Part shown: positions 1 to 8,987 of the stretch, piece by piece
Layout of the letters: every line of letters starts with the position of its first letter
How positions within the stretch are numbered: position 1 is the first letter of the stretch
Virus record (IMG/VR): IMGVR_UViG_3300029791_000448
Span: 1-64,000 of that record
Source of the DNA: a virus
Length of the DNA stretch: 64,000 bases
Direction: 5' to 3' (one strand)
Made by a program: the position numbers and the translations under genes
Notes under the pieces: generated by a model
The model's database searches: none
What the model saw: the letters and a program-made list of their open reading frames with translations, nothing else
Told to the model about the DNA's origin: nothing

Positions 1-477
1 TCACAGCGTCCCACTGTCGCGTTTAATTGGCGAGGCCGAGGAACTTTCCGCAGCGGACAATCCTTCGCCACACAGGGGCTTTGTGAGGCTTGGATTTTCG
101 TCAAGAGCTTTCCCGTTTTCGACCAAAAACGGAGTGCCTAAATCGAAACTCACAAGTTGCTGTCTGGGGATGCTTTTCCCCTCCAGACGATATGTATTGT
201 TCCGGTTCCACCGCATGTCCCGGTAGATCATCCGCACCAATGCCACGCACTTGATCTCGCAGCTGTTGCTCACAGTCAGCTTCGGTGTCTTATGAGCTCC
301 TGCATCTTCAGCCGTACAGTTCTGCACAGCTACCTGTTTTGATTTCCGATTGTACAAAAAACGATAGTGGGTTGGCCAGCCTAATGCTTCCAATGTGCTG
401 CGGAAGATTGTGATCCTTCCATCTTCGACATTAAAAGTCAGACCCAGCATCCGCTGGTTCCATATTCTTTCGTTCAC
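1..477 (-). CDS. Standalone homolog of the C-terminal extension of large serine recombinases (DUF4368-like), 158 aa
   Basis: Complete ORF with stop at 1..3. It aligns by eye to the post-zinc-ribbon C-terminal region of the recombinase at 1219..3051 (motifs D-x-I-F-T..L....Y-V). Confidence 0.4.
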   Translation of the reverse strand: MNERIWNQRMLGLTFNVEDGRITIFRSTLEALGWPTHYRFLYNRKSKQVAVQNCTAEDAGAHKTPKLTVSNSCEIKCVALVRMIYRDMRWNRNNTYRLEGKSIPRQQLVSFDLGTPFLVENGKALDENPSLTKPLCGEGLSAAESSSASPIKRDSGTL

Positions 478-533
478 TTCTCTCCCCTCCTTAAAAATGG
501 GCGCACTTCTCCCTTGGTGTCCGAGTGATCTTT

Positions 534-1226
534 TTAATCTTTCCCGGTGTCGGGGACGGGCTTTCCTGTCAGGATTCCCATTGATACATAACCATCTATC
601 TGCTTGATTTCGTTTTCTTTCAAATGTTCTTCTACAGGTACGCCAAAAGTACCTGCAATATCATCCGGGTAAAATCCCTTTCTGCTATCCGCAGGCTTCG
701 TTTCCTGCGTAGCATTCTGGGTTGCTCCTTTTTTCCGTTTCTGGCTTTCATGGAAGATCTCCGGCACAAGCAGATCAAAAACGTACAGAGTTTCACCCTC
801 AAAGGAAATTCTGTAACCCAGCATCTTATATCGGCACTCGCTGTCCCAGCCCATTTCTTTGTAAACCAATTCTGCAAAAGGCTTGCAGGACATCTTCCGA
901 CTCTTACGCTTATCCGGTTTGGCAATGCACCAGCGCAGAGCATCCTTGTCATTTTCGTCACAGCCACGCACAACAATGCGCTTCAAATCACTGTTGAACA
1001 TGACATGTACATAAACTACATCCTCCAGCCCTGTGATGCAGGCTGTGTTGAATGTAATGCTGTCTTTGCGGATCACAATAGCCGGGTCCCGGAGGTGTGC
1101 AAACAGCTCTTTTCGCACGACCTGATATCCATCATAGGAAAATGTACTCTCTAATTCTTCCGCTCTCGCATCTCTATCATTTTCTGCCTGCTCTTCCGGA
1201 GGCACAATAATTGTATCTTCATTCAT
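534..1226 (-). CDS. Standalone homolog of the serine recombinase C-terminal extension (DUF4368-like), 230 aa
   Basis: Clear similarity to aa ~385-560 of recombinase 1 (SGYEVVRAQYFSTLRNPAMTISNGKLRFNTAC vs DGYQVVRKELFAHLRDPAIVIRKDSITFNTAC). It lacks the catalytic and recombinase domains. Confidence 0.5.
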   Translation of the reverse strand: MNEDTIIVPPEEQAENDRDARAEELESTFSYDGYQVVRKELFAHLRDPAIVIRKDSITFNTACITGLEDVVYVHVMFNSDLKRIVVRGCDENDKDALRWCIAKPDKRKSRKMSCKPFAELVYKEMGWDSECRYKMLGYRISFEGETLYVFDLLVPEIFHESQKRKKGATQNATQETKPADSRKGFYPDDIAGTFGVPVEEHLKENEIKQIDGYVSMGILTGKPVPDTGKD

Positions 1227-3051
1227 CCGTATCTGTCCATCCTTCCATTATCTTTTCCGCTTCATGGAGCAGTGCATTCAAACCATCTGCGGTAAATGTA
1301 TTCATTTCTTCTATTTCTGTGGCTGGCCGGAGTACATCCCAGTTTCCAGAGTAATGCTCCTGCTGCAAAATACCGACTTGTGCAATACTCGTAATCGGCT
1401 GTCCAAAAGTTCCTGCCCATTCTGGTGGGAAAATGTAGATTGTCTGCTTGACTGTCTTGCCTTCCGATTCTTCTTCCTTCGGTGGCAGAACAATCTCCTC
1501 AATTTTTACCATCTCCGGTTCATCCAGTTCAAAAAGCATCAGCTTATTATCTCTCTGCTCCACAAACTGACCCCGGAAACGGTATTTCAATCCTTCTTCC
1601 CATTCCATGATGTCAAAAAGGGTCTTTGCCAAACCACGGCATCCAAGTGTACTGGCACACCACCGACCTTCCTTCAGCTTTCCCCAGTGAATCGCATTCG
1701 GATTGCTCTTTTCACACGGCCGGATTGCAACACAGCGATCAACCGAGTTCAGAAGCAGTTCCACATACTCCACATCTTCAAATTTTTTCAGGCAGGCAGT
1801 ATTGAAACGCAACTTGCCATTTGAAATCGTCATGGCCGGATTCCGCAACGTTGAGAAATACTGCGCCCGTACTACTTCATAGCCAGAAAGATCCAGGCGA
1901 TTCATAACCTCTGTGGTATCGGCCGGCTTCTCTTGCATCACACTTTCAGATGCCTCCCGATATTCCTCCGCTGAAAAGCCAGTCCAGTCCTTGTCGAAAG
2001 GAACATATCCTCGTAGGATTCCATCATTCACGACACTCAAAACTGGCAAAGGACGATTTTTCTTTGCATAACTTCTGGATGCCCGCAGATGATTTGCTGC
2101 ATTATAGACTTCTCTGGACACGATTGCCTCGTGATGATCCCTTTGCCGGTATTGCGTCCGATCATTATTATTTTTCTTTGATTTATGTGTTAGAAAATTT
2201 GGCGTGAAAGTCTTTCTCGCCAGCACATCTCCACAATGGCGTTCATTGGCAATGACACCTGCAAGAGTGCCTGGGTTCCACTCTGTGTTCCCCAATTTTG
2301 TCTTCCGACCATATTCTGTCAAAAGCTCTGCAATCTCAGTAAATGAAAATCCATTCAGGTACAGATAGTAAACGACCTTTACCGTCTGAGCCTCCGCTGG
2401 ATTCACTACAAGATTGCCGTCCTCATCCTGATCATATCCAAGCAGAGCAGGCGTCAGGAACAGTCCGCGGCTGAACCGGCGGTCAATGGACCAGTTCATA
2501 ATGATTGACTTGGAATGAGATTCTTCTTCGGCAACTGATGCCAAAATCGTCAGGATCATACGACCGTTACTGTCAAGCGTATAAATATTATCCGCTTCAA
2601 ATTTCACACCTACAGGTGGATCAAGATCTTTCAGTGTTTCAATGACAGAAAGGCAATCCACAATGTTTCGGGCAAAACGGGCGATGGACTTCGTAAGGAC
2701 CAGGTCTATCTTTCCTGCTTTGCAATCTTCAATCAACTGCTGCATTCCCTTACGATGCTCCAGCGATGTTCCACTGATGCCTTCATCATCGTAAATTCCA
2801 ACGAACTCCCATCCCGGCTGTGCCTTTATGTACTCTGTATAATAATTTTTCTGAAGTTCATAAGAAGAAGTCTGCTCATCATTATCAGTAGAAACACGGA
2901 CATAAGCGGCGACACGCCGAATAGAGGTGCTTTCTCCAAGCCCCTCCACTGCTTTTGCCGGGATAACCTCTAATTCAGAGGTATCCACACCTTTGTATCT
3001 GTCTCTTATCCTTTGCTTGCGGTCTACCGCTTCTGCTTCACTTCTTATCAT
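1219..3051 (-). CDS. Large serine recombinase 1 (resolvase/invertase catalytic domain, recombinase domain, zinc ribbon, C-terminal extension), 610 aa
   Basis: N-terminal VAAYVRVSTDNDEQ...SIARFARN catalytic motifs (Ser nucleophile), then a recombinase domain and a Cys-rich ribbon. Confidence 0.9.
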   Translation of the reverse strand: MIRSEAEAVDRKQRIRDRYKGVDTSELEVIPAKAVEGLGESTSIRRVAAYVRVSTDNDEQTSSYELQKNYYTEYIKAQPGWEFVGIYDDEGISGTSLEHRKGMQQLIEDCKAGKIDLVLTKSIARFARNIVDCLSVIETLKDLDPPVGVKFEADNIYTLDSNGRMILTILASVAEEESHSKSIIMNWSIDRRFSRGLFLTPALLGYDQDEDGNLVVNPAEAQTVKVVYYLYLNGFSFTEIAELLTEYGRKTKLGNTEWNPGTLAGVIANERHCGDVLARKTFTPNFLTHKSKKNNNDRTQYRQRDHHEAIVSREVYNAANHLRASRSYAKKNRPLPVLSVVNDGILRGYVPFDKDWTGFSAEEYREASESVMQEKPADTTEVMNRLDLSGYEVVRAQYFSTLRNPAMTISNGKLRFNTACLKKFEDVEYVELLLNSVDRCVAIRPCEKSNPNAIHWGKLKEGRWCASTLGCRGLAKTLFDIMEWEEGLKYRFRGQFVEQRDNKLMLFELDEPEMVKIEEIVLPPKEEESEGKTVKQTIYIFPPEWAGTFGQPITSIAQVGILQQEHYSGNWDVLRPATEIEEMNTFTADGLNALLHEAEKIMEGWTDTDE

Positions 3052-3061
3052 GTACTTCCTC

Positions 3062-4042
3062 TCATTCTTCCGGCTTTATGCTCCAATACCACTGACGCAT
3101 CTTCCGATAACTTCGGATGCCGAGTTCTTTCTTTGTATTTTCTGCTGTCCTGCGGCTGATTCCTTCATCGCTCATCCGTATATAAATTTCTCTGGACCTC
3201 ATGTCTCCTTCAGATAGCAGCTTTTTTATCAGATATGCTGCTTTTTCAGTCTTCGATTCAAAATTTGGTGATTCCGGCTCCGCTGTTGGGTCTGGTGCAA
3301 TCTCACACTCCAGCCAACGAAATCCGTCTTCTGCAGTTATTGAAAAACGAATCTCTCCATCGGATGGAGCCAGACTGTTTTTTATCTGCCGCACGATACG
3401 AATGTCAGCGTCTTTAGGATCTCGTTCCACCTGAAGGACACTTCGTGCCGCTGCCACAACATCGATACTGCCAAGACTCCGGTAAAGTCCCTTTGTTCCC
3501 TCTTTTTTATTGAGGTGGCCGATCAGCACAATGGCACAGTCATATACAGATGCCCACATGCCCAGACGCTGCATCAGCTTTCTGGCTCTTCCGGCAATCT
3601 GAAGATCAGAATCGCTTCCGAGATACGCCTGTATCGGGTCGATTACTACCAGCCGCGGCCGAAATTCTATGATAGCCTGCCGGATACGTTCATCATCCAG
3701 TGTCAGACCACTGTATGTTTCTTCATTAATAAATGCAACATTTCTGCAATCAGCTCCGCATTTTTCCAGTCGGGGCTTTATGGTATCTGAAACACCATCT
3801 TCGGAACACTGATAAATGACCCTCTGCGGCATTCCGATGATTTTTCCATCTGGCAGAGTTCCGCCCTTGGACAGTTCTGCTATCAGATTCATCATCATTG
3901 TGGACTTGCCGTCACCGGGGTCGCCTTGCAGCAATGTGATTTTTCCAACTGCAATGAACGGATACCACAACCAGCGGACGGCAGTCGCCTGTACATCACT
4001 ATATAATGTAAGAATTCCTGTTTCTCCTTTGTTCGCCATCAT
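3062..4042 (-). CDS. AAA_25/RecA-like (RepA/DnaB-C-like) ATPase with C-terminal winged-helix region, 326 aa
   Basis: Walker A GDPGDGKST and Walker B VVIDPIQ, RecA-fold loader/helicase-like. It is co-oriented and contiguous with recombinase 1. Confidence 0.8.
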   Translation of the reverse strand: MMANKGETGILTLYSDVQATAVRWLWYPFIAVGKITLLQGDPGDGKSTMMMNLIAELSKGGTLPDGKIIGMPQRVIYQCSEDGVSDTIKPRLEKCGADCRNVAFINEETYSGLTLDDERIRQAIIEFRPRLVVIDPIQAYLGSDSDLQIAGRARKLMQRLGMWASVYDCAIVLIGHLNKKEGTKGLYRSLGSIDVVAAARSVLQVERDPKDADIRIVRQIKNSLAPSDGEIRFSITAEDGFRWLECEIAPDPTAEPESPNFESKTEKAAYLIKKLLSEGDMRSREIYIRMSDEGISRRTAENTKKELGIRSYRKMRQWYWSIKPEE

Positions 4043-4077
4043 CGTCCCTTTCTGTACGCAGTCTTTTCTACATTTAT

Positions 4078-4251
4078 ATTATAGAGTATGTGTGGCGTTT
4101 TGACTGCCACCCATCAGGTGGCACATCATCGTTTTTGCCACCCAACAGGTGGCAAAACAGCCTTAGACCACATAACAGATAGAGGTGTAGACCTTTGCGG
4201 CCTTAGAATTCCTGTAATCAAGTTGCTATGTATTTTTCTCTGCGGGATAAT
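4078..4251. promoter_or_regulatory. Divergent control region with two palindromic operators and a sigma-A-like promoter for the XRE gene
   Basis: TGCCACC-N5-GGTGGCA at 4105..4123 and again at 4136..4154 (centres 31 bp apart). TTGCTA-17-GATAAT lies at about 4223..4251 and an AGGAGG RBS before the ATG at 4292. A TATAAT-like box for the leftward operon is on the minus strand near 4078. Confidence 0.5.
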
Positions 4252-4291
4252 CGTAACAGCCTTATGCGGGTACACATAAGGAGGAACATAC

Positions 4292-4633
4292 ATGGCATTA
4301 GATTATACTGCACTTGGAAAGCGTATCAGCACTTTCCGTAACGCATCCGGATTAACTCAGGAACAATTTTGCGAAAAGTTGAATGTATCTCGCAAACACA
4401 TCAGTCAGATTGAAGCGGCAATCAGCCGCCCCAGCCTTGAAACTCTGGTCGACATTGCTAATATTCTTAACATCTCAGCAGATGATCTTCTTGTAGACAG
4501 TTTGGCGCACTCCGCGTCCACTGCCGATTCCGAGATCCACCGTCTGCTTTTAGACTGTAATGCAATTGAGCAGGAGATTCTCACCCGGATGGTAAAGGAG
4601 ATGAAAGCAATTTTATACGGCTTAGGAGTTTGA
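4292..4633 (+). CDS. XRE-family HTH transcriptional regulator (Cro/CI-like repressor), 113 aa
   Basis: HTH motif GLTQEQFCEKLNVSRKHISQIE. It is divergent from the ATPase-recombinase operon. Confidence 0.85.
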   Translation: MALDYTALGKRISTFRNASGLTQEQFCEKLNVSRKHISQIEAAISRPSLETLVDIANILNISADDLLVDSLAHSASTADSEIHRLLLDCNAIEQEILTRMVKEMKAILYGLGV

Positions 4634-4740
4634 TTTTATAACTTGTTGATCATATAACAAAAAAGCCCGCATAAGCCACAACTGCACTTTGGAACACACC
4701 GAAGTGCTGTCTGTGGTTTATACGGGTATGGACTAAAAAA

Positions 4741-4795
4741 GAAGCCCACCAGCGGACCATGTAGGAATCTACACAGTGCGCCAGTGGGCTGGTAT
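4741..4795 (-). terminator. Rho-independent terminator downstream of the 4799..4996 gene
   Basis: Minus-strand hairpin AGCCCACUGGCG...CGCUGGUGGGCU followed by a U-run. A second hairpin at about 4665..4720 may terminate the plus-strand XRE transcript. Confidence 0.5.
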
Positions 4796-4798
4796 GTT

Positions 4799-4996
4799 TT
4801 ATACTGCTTCTGCTGGAATTTGGTTCATCTTCTCTTTAAATTCTTCCACAGTCATGTTCAAGTCCTCAGCAGCTTCTTCAAGGGTAATCTTGCCCTTTTT
4901 ATAATACTTTACTGTCGTTCTAAGGTCGCCAATGTCGATGCCCTCAAGAATACTCTCATTTCTTAAATCTTCCATCTGCTTGCACACTTCGCTCAC
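4799..4996 (-). CDS. Small protein homologous to the C-terminal domain of Rpn/YhgA-like nucleases, 65 aa
   Basis: CKQMEDLRNESILEGI...LEEAAEDLNMTVEEF parallels the C-terminus of the adjacent Rpn protein (CKVMEDMRNEAARENS...YEEIAQATKLTVDEV). Confidence 0.5.
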   Translation of the reverse strand: MSEVCKQMEDLRNESILEGIDIGDLRTTVKYYKKGKITLEEAAEDLNMTVEEFKEKMNQIPAEAV

Positions 4997-5089
4997 TCTT
5001 TCAGTTTTTTAGACATCTGGTTTTCTCTGCCATCAATGGAAAAAGCATATCAATAGTTACACACTGCACCGGTAGGCGATGAGTTTCAA

Positions 5090-5896
5090 TTATGCACTTC
5101 TTCTCTCATCTAGTTCTTTTACCTCATCAACTGTGAGTTTCGTAGCTTGCGCTATTTCCTCATAAGTTAGCTTTCCAATCAACAGCAAGCTACGGGCTGT
5201 TTCCAGAGAGTTTTCTCTTGCAGCTTCATTTCTCATGTCTTCCATAACCTTGCACATAACCGCCACTCCTTTCTCATCTTCTTTGAAGTACTGTACTCGA
5301 TTAGCTAATACTTCATAATACATATCTTTTGCACTTGTACAAGAAAAGTCATGCATCAGTTTTCCAAGTGCCGTTTCATTTTTGATTTGAGAGTTCACAT
5401 ATATAATATGCGATTCGTCACCAAATGATTCTCCTGTTTCTTTAATCATACGGTCAATATGATATATCGGAAGTCCTCTTTTAAGAACATCATTCTCTGT
5501 GATGAAAATCACATAAGTTTCATTCAGGTATTCATACTGCTCGCCTGGTTCAGTAACATTCGCATCGATTATACCGCTGTTATACCTAGCTCGCTTAACA
5601 CCAGCACCTTTATCATTTCGCTGAATTTCAATATTGTATACACGGTTTTCCCTATCCACTGCAAGAATATCCAACCGCACAGATTTTCCCTGTAAATTTT
5701 TAACGCTATACTGGCTATTGGATTTTTTCACTTTCAGATCGTCTCGATTCAGAATAATCTGCAACAAAAATTCTGCACACTTTATATCTTCAAAGACTTT
5801 GCTCATGAAATCATCATCCAAAAGCCTAAAACCTCGCAATCTTTGAAGATCTTCTTCATGCTTTCGCTCGAAATCCAAATCTCTACACTTATTCAT
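5090..5896 (-). CDS. Rpn-family (YhgA-like, PD-(D/E)XK, transposase_31) recombination-promoting nuclease, 268 aa
   Basis: N-terminal PD-(D/E)XK core (DILAVDRENRVYNIEIQ) and the characteristic C-terminal helical domain. Confidence 0.8.
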   Translation of the reverse strand: MNKCRDLDFERKHEEDLQRLRGFRLLDDDFMSKVFEDIKCAEFLLQIILNRDDLKVKKSNSQYSVKNLQGKSVRLDILAVDRENRVYNIEIQRNDKGAGVKRARYNSGIIDANVTEPGEQYEYLNETYVIFITENDVLKRGLPIYHIDRMIKETGESFGDESHIIYVNSQIKNETALGKLMHDFSCTSAKDMYYEVLANRVQYFKEDEKGVAVMCKVMEDMRNEAARENSLETARSLLLIGKLTYEEIAQATKLTVDEVKELDERRSA

Positions 5897-6045
5897 CGGA
5901 TATCACCCTCTTTCAGGTTGTGAAGAATAAATCTCCCCATCAATATCTTACCATCAAAGCACGCTTATTTCAAGCGGTCATGCTCTTCTAAAAAAATAAT
6001 CAACCCCATCAACGCCTTGGAAATGATCACCTGTAAATTTTTTCA

Positions 6046-6450
6046 TTAATATTCACGCCGATGCAAACTCCTATATACATCCTCGATAAAACTCATGAAC
6101 TCCACGCTGGCACACTTGATCAGACATTTTCCATCCACGGCTTTCAGCTTTTCCATAACCATTTCTGCCAATGCATCCCCACGCCCTCTCATCTTCTGAG
6201 CAGCAAACACCACAGACTCATCGATGAACGCAGCGTACTTTGCACCATCAATATTGCTTTGTACCGGCACGCCTTCGCCACTGTCAAGCCGGATCACTTT
6301 TGGCTCATACACAGACCTCACCTTTCTCAGTGCCTCTGCCGGCTCCATGCTCTGAAGATATAATTTCATAGCACCGGCCGCCACAATCTCTTCAGCTTTT
6401 GCACCATATTTCTCTGCCAGCATCCCAGCTACATCTTTCATTCCAAACAC
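6046..6450 (-). CDS. Hypothetical protein, 134 aa
   Basis: Intact ORF with good coding appearance between the Rpn gene and the recombinase 2/3 operon. No recognisable motif. Confidence 0.4.
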   Translation of the reverse strand: MFGMKDVAGMLAEKYGAKAEEIVAAGAMKLYLQSMEPAEALRKVRSVYEPKVIRLDSGEGVPVQSNIDGAKYAAFIDESVVFAAQKMRGRGDALAEMVMEKLKAVDGKCLIKCASVEFMSFIEDVYRSLHRREY

Positions 6451-6590
6451 TCCTCGCTATGTGTATTTTCTGTCGTATGTGTATTTCTCGCCACCCACAA
6501 CATATAACAGGATTCTGCACATAGCAATCCTTACGGGTAAAAAAGGCCAGACAAAAAAAGGCAAAATAGCAGTACAATAAAACATTAAAC

Positions 6591-6640
6591 AAAAAAAGCC
6601 CTGCCAGATGCAGCCACAAAAGCCACACCCGGCAGGGTCC
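6591..6640 (-). terminator. Rho-independent terminator after serine recombinase 2
   Basis: Minus-strand GC hairpin (ACCCUGCC..GGCAGGGC) followed by CUUUUUUUGUUU. Confidence 0.55.
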
Positions 6641-6652
6641 TGTCTCCTTCCA

Positions 6653-8953
6653 TCACACCGCTTCTTCCCTCTCGCGCTTCGCTGCAGTTGTCAGGTATCT
6701 GCGGTACTGAATGCTGAATCCGTACACCTTATAAGGAGCATCCACATAGACCACATTGCCGTCCATGTCACTCCGCTTATAACCCATGAAGCTGTCGAGC
6801 GTTCTGCGGTTGCCTTTTGAGGTCAGTGTCACACCGAAGTTTGTCTTATAGGTTGCCACATCCCCCTTCAGTACCCCGCTCTCAACAAAAGCACAGTAGA
6901 TGCCTTTTTCAAAGTGGAGCATATCTGGTGCTTCTGCGATCCGCTCAGGAGTCAGCTTGAGCTTTCCGCTGGTGATGGCACGTTTCCGGCCTTCGATGGC
7001 ATTTCCGTCCACATCCCGAAGCAGGGTTCCCTGTACATCCAGACCGTTGACTCTTAACAGCATTCCGCTTGCATTGGTATCCGGCAGTTCTTTCAGACAG
7101 GCAAGGAAGTATTCAAAGTTCTTTTTCATGATCGCCAGCACACCCTGTTCTTCCTCTATCGTCTGCCGTTCCTGTTGGAGTGTTTTCAGCCGTTCCTGCA
7201 GGTCGTTCACAAGCTCTGTATAAATCTGGGCTTCCGAACCTTCCTCCGTTTCCGTTCCATAGAAGCTCACTCCGATGCTTCCCGGTGTCAGTCCGCTCCG
7301 GATGTCCAGGTCGATGTCGTCAATGGTCACCTCCCCGTTGGAAAGGGCTTCATTCAGTTCCACGTTCTGTTCCAGTGCAGCTTCCCGAAGTGCCGCCACC
7401 TGATGGCTGATGGCATCCTGCAGGCGTTCTTCCATCTCCTTGATCTGATTTTCTACCGTTGCCATCCTCTGCACCGAGATGCTGTTGTTATTCGCCAGCC
7501 GGACAGCCTGCTCATAGGCATTGTCAAACATCGTCACGATCATGGAGGCATCACCGTGCTGTTCAAAGTCGCGCTTCATGCTGTAGAGCAGTTCCATGAA
7601 ACTCTGCTCCAGCGCACACTCATGGTAGCGTTCTGAGGGGCAGCGCTTGTTTGCCGCTTCCTTTTCCTCATCCGACATGCAGCCTTTCTTGCTCCGGCAA
7701 TACGCTTTCTGGTCGGGAGAACCGTTCTTCGGCGGCTCACCGTCCCGCTCCCCGACCTTACGCTTGCACCGCCAAACGGGATACGAATAGGTGTATTTTT
7801 CCAGATACTCTCCGGTATCCTCACCAGTCGCCTTAAGACTTCGCTCATCGCTGTAACCATTTGCCACACCCGTGTAGGTTGTACGGAAGAATCCCTCCCC
7901 GCAGGGCTTTCCGGCATCCGGCCCATTCTCCAGGATCGCACCGCAGCGCAGGTTTCCAAACGGAGAACCCTTAATGCTCTTTACCTTTTTCTTGCCGGGG
8001 CCTTTCGTCATATCTGCCCTCGGCTTCTCGAACAGCATGGTCTGCACCTTGTCCCAAGTCACACGGTCGATGATGCCCACATGATGGTTCTTCACATAGT
8101 ACCGGGGTGCTTCGCCCTTATTGATGCTGGAACGGTGGGTAAGGAAGTCCTTCGTGATGGTCTTCTGCATCTCGATGTCGCCCACATACTTCTCATTCCG
8201 CAGGACGATCAGGATCGAGCTGGCACTCCACTTCTTCCCGTTGACCGTGAATTTTTCCATCTGATTCAGCTCCTGTGCGATCTTATTCGCCGTCTGGCCT
8301 TTCACGAAGCGGTCAAAAATGTACCGGATGATCTCTGCCTGCTCCGGCACGATGACCCACTGCTTATTTGCCCCAAGCTCATACCCCAGCATCCGTTTCA
8401 AATTGATATGCGGGACACCAGACTGGAACTTCTTCTGAATGCTCCAGCGGATGTTATCGGAAATGGAACGGCTCTCATCCTGTGCCAGTGCAGAAAGGAT
8501 CGTCAGGATCAGCTCACCTTTGGCATCCAGCGTGTCGATATTCTCTTTCTCGAAATAGATACCCACGGGCGGCTTCAGCTGCCGAAGCTCACGGGTACAG
8601 GTCAGGGAGTCAATGGTGTTTCGTGCGAATCGGGAAATGGACTTTGTAACGATGTAGTCCAGCTTTCCATCCATCGCATCTTTTATCATGCGGTTGAATT
8701 CCTCTCGATGCTCCCGGTTGGTACCAGATTTTGCTTCATCTGCGTAGATGCCGGCAAAGATCCAGCCGGGCTTCCGGGTGATGAGGTCTTTGTAGAATGC
8801 TTTCTGTGTCGTGTAGGAAGTCTGCTGGCTCTCATCGCCGGTGGAAACACGGCAGTAAGCCGCCACACGGATGTTGGTCTGGCTTTTCAGCTGCCCGCCG
8901 TTCTGTACCGAGCGCACACTGGCGGGGATCACATCCACTTTTTGTCTTGTCAT
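6653..8953 (-). CDS. Large serine recombinase 2, 766 aa
   Basis: VAAYCRVSTGDESQ...SISRFARN catalytic domain, recombinase domain, zinc ribbon and coiled coil. Confidence 0.9.
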   Translation of the reverse strand: MTRQKVDVIPASVRSVQNGGQLKSQTNIRVAAYCRVSTGDESQQTSYTTQKAFYKDLITRKPGWIFAGIYADEAKSGTNREHREEFNRMIKDAMDGKLDYIVTKSISRFARNTIDSLTCTRELRQLKPPVGIYFEKENIDTLDAKGELILTILSALAQDESRSISDNIRWSIQKKFQSGVPHINLKRMLGYELGANKQWVIVPEQAEIIRYIFDRFVKGQTANKIAQELNQMEKFTVNGKKWSASSILIVLRNEKYVGDIEMQKTITKDFLTHRSSINKGEAPRYYVKNHHVGIIDRVTWDKVQTMLFEKPRADMTKGPGKKKVKSIKGSPFGNLRCGAILENGPDAGKPCGEGFFRTTYTGVANGYSDERSLKATGEDTGEYLEKYTYSYPVWRCKRKVGERDGEPPKNGSPDQKAYCRSKKGCMSDEEKEAANKRCPSERYHECALEQSFMELLYSMKRDFEQHGDASMIVTMFDNAYEQAVRLANNNSISVQRMATVENQIKEMEERLQDAISHQVAALREAALEQNVELNEALSNGEVTIDDIDLDIRSGLTPGSIGVSFYGTETEEGSEAQIYTELVNDLQERLKTLQQERQTIEEEQGVLAIMKKNFEYFLACLKELPDTNASGMLLRVNGLDVQGTLLRDVDGNAIEGRKRAITSGKLKLTPERIAEAPDMLHFEKGIYCAFVESGVLKGDVATYKTNFGVTLTSKGNRRTLDSFMGYKRSDMDGNVVYVDAPYKVYGFSIQYRRYLTTAAKREREEAV

Positions 8954-8987
8954 AATCTGCTCCTTTCTTCCAGCCTTGCAACTGGTC

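Noticed and set aside
5459-5846. Small plus-strand ORFs inside the Rpn gene region
   Set aside because: Antisense to the Rpn gene, AT-rich with Ile/Phe/Asn-rich products and no RBS.
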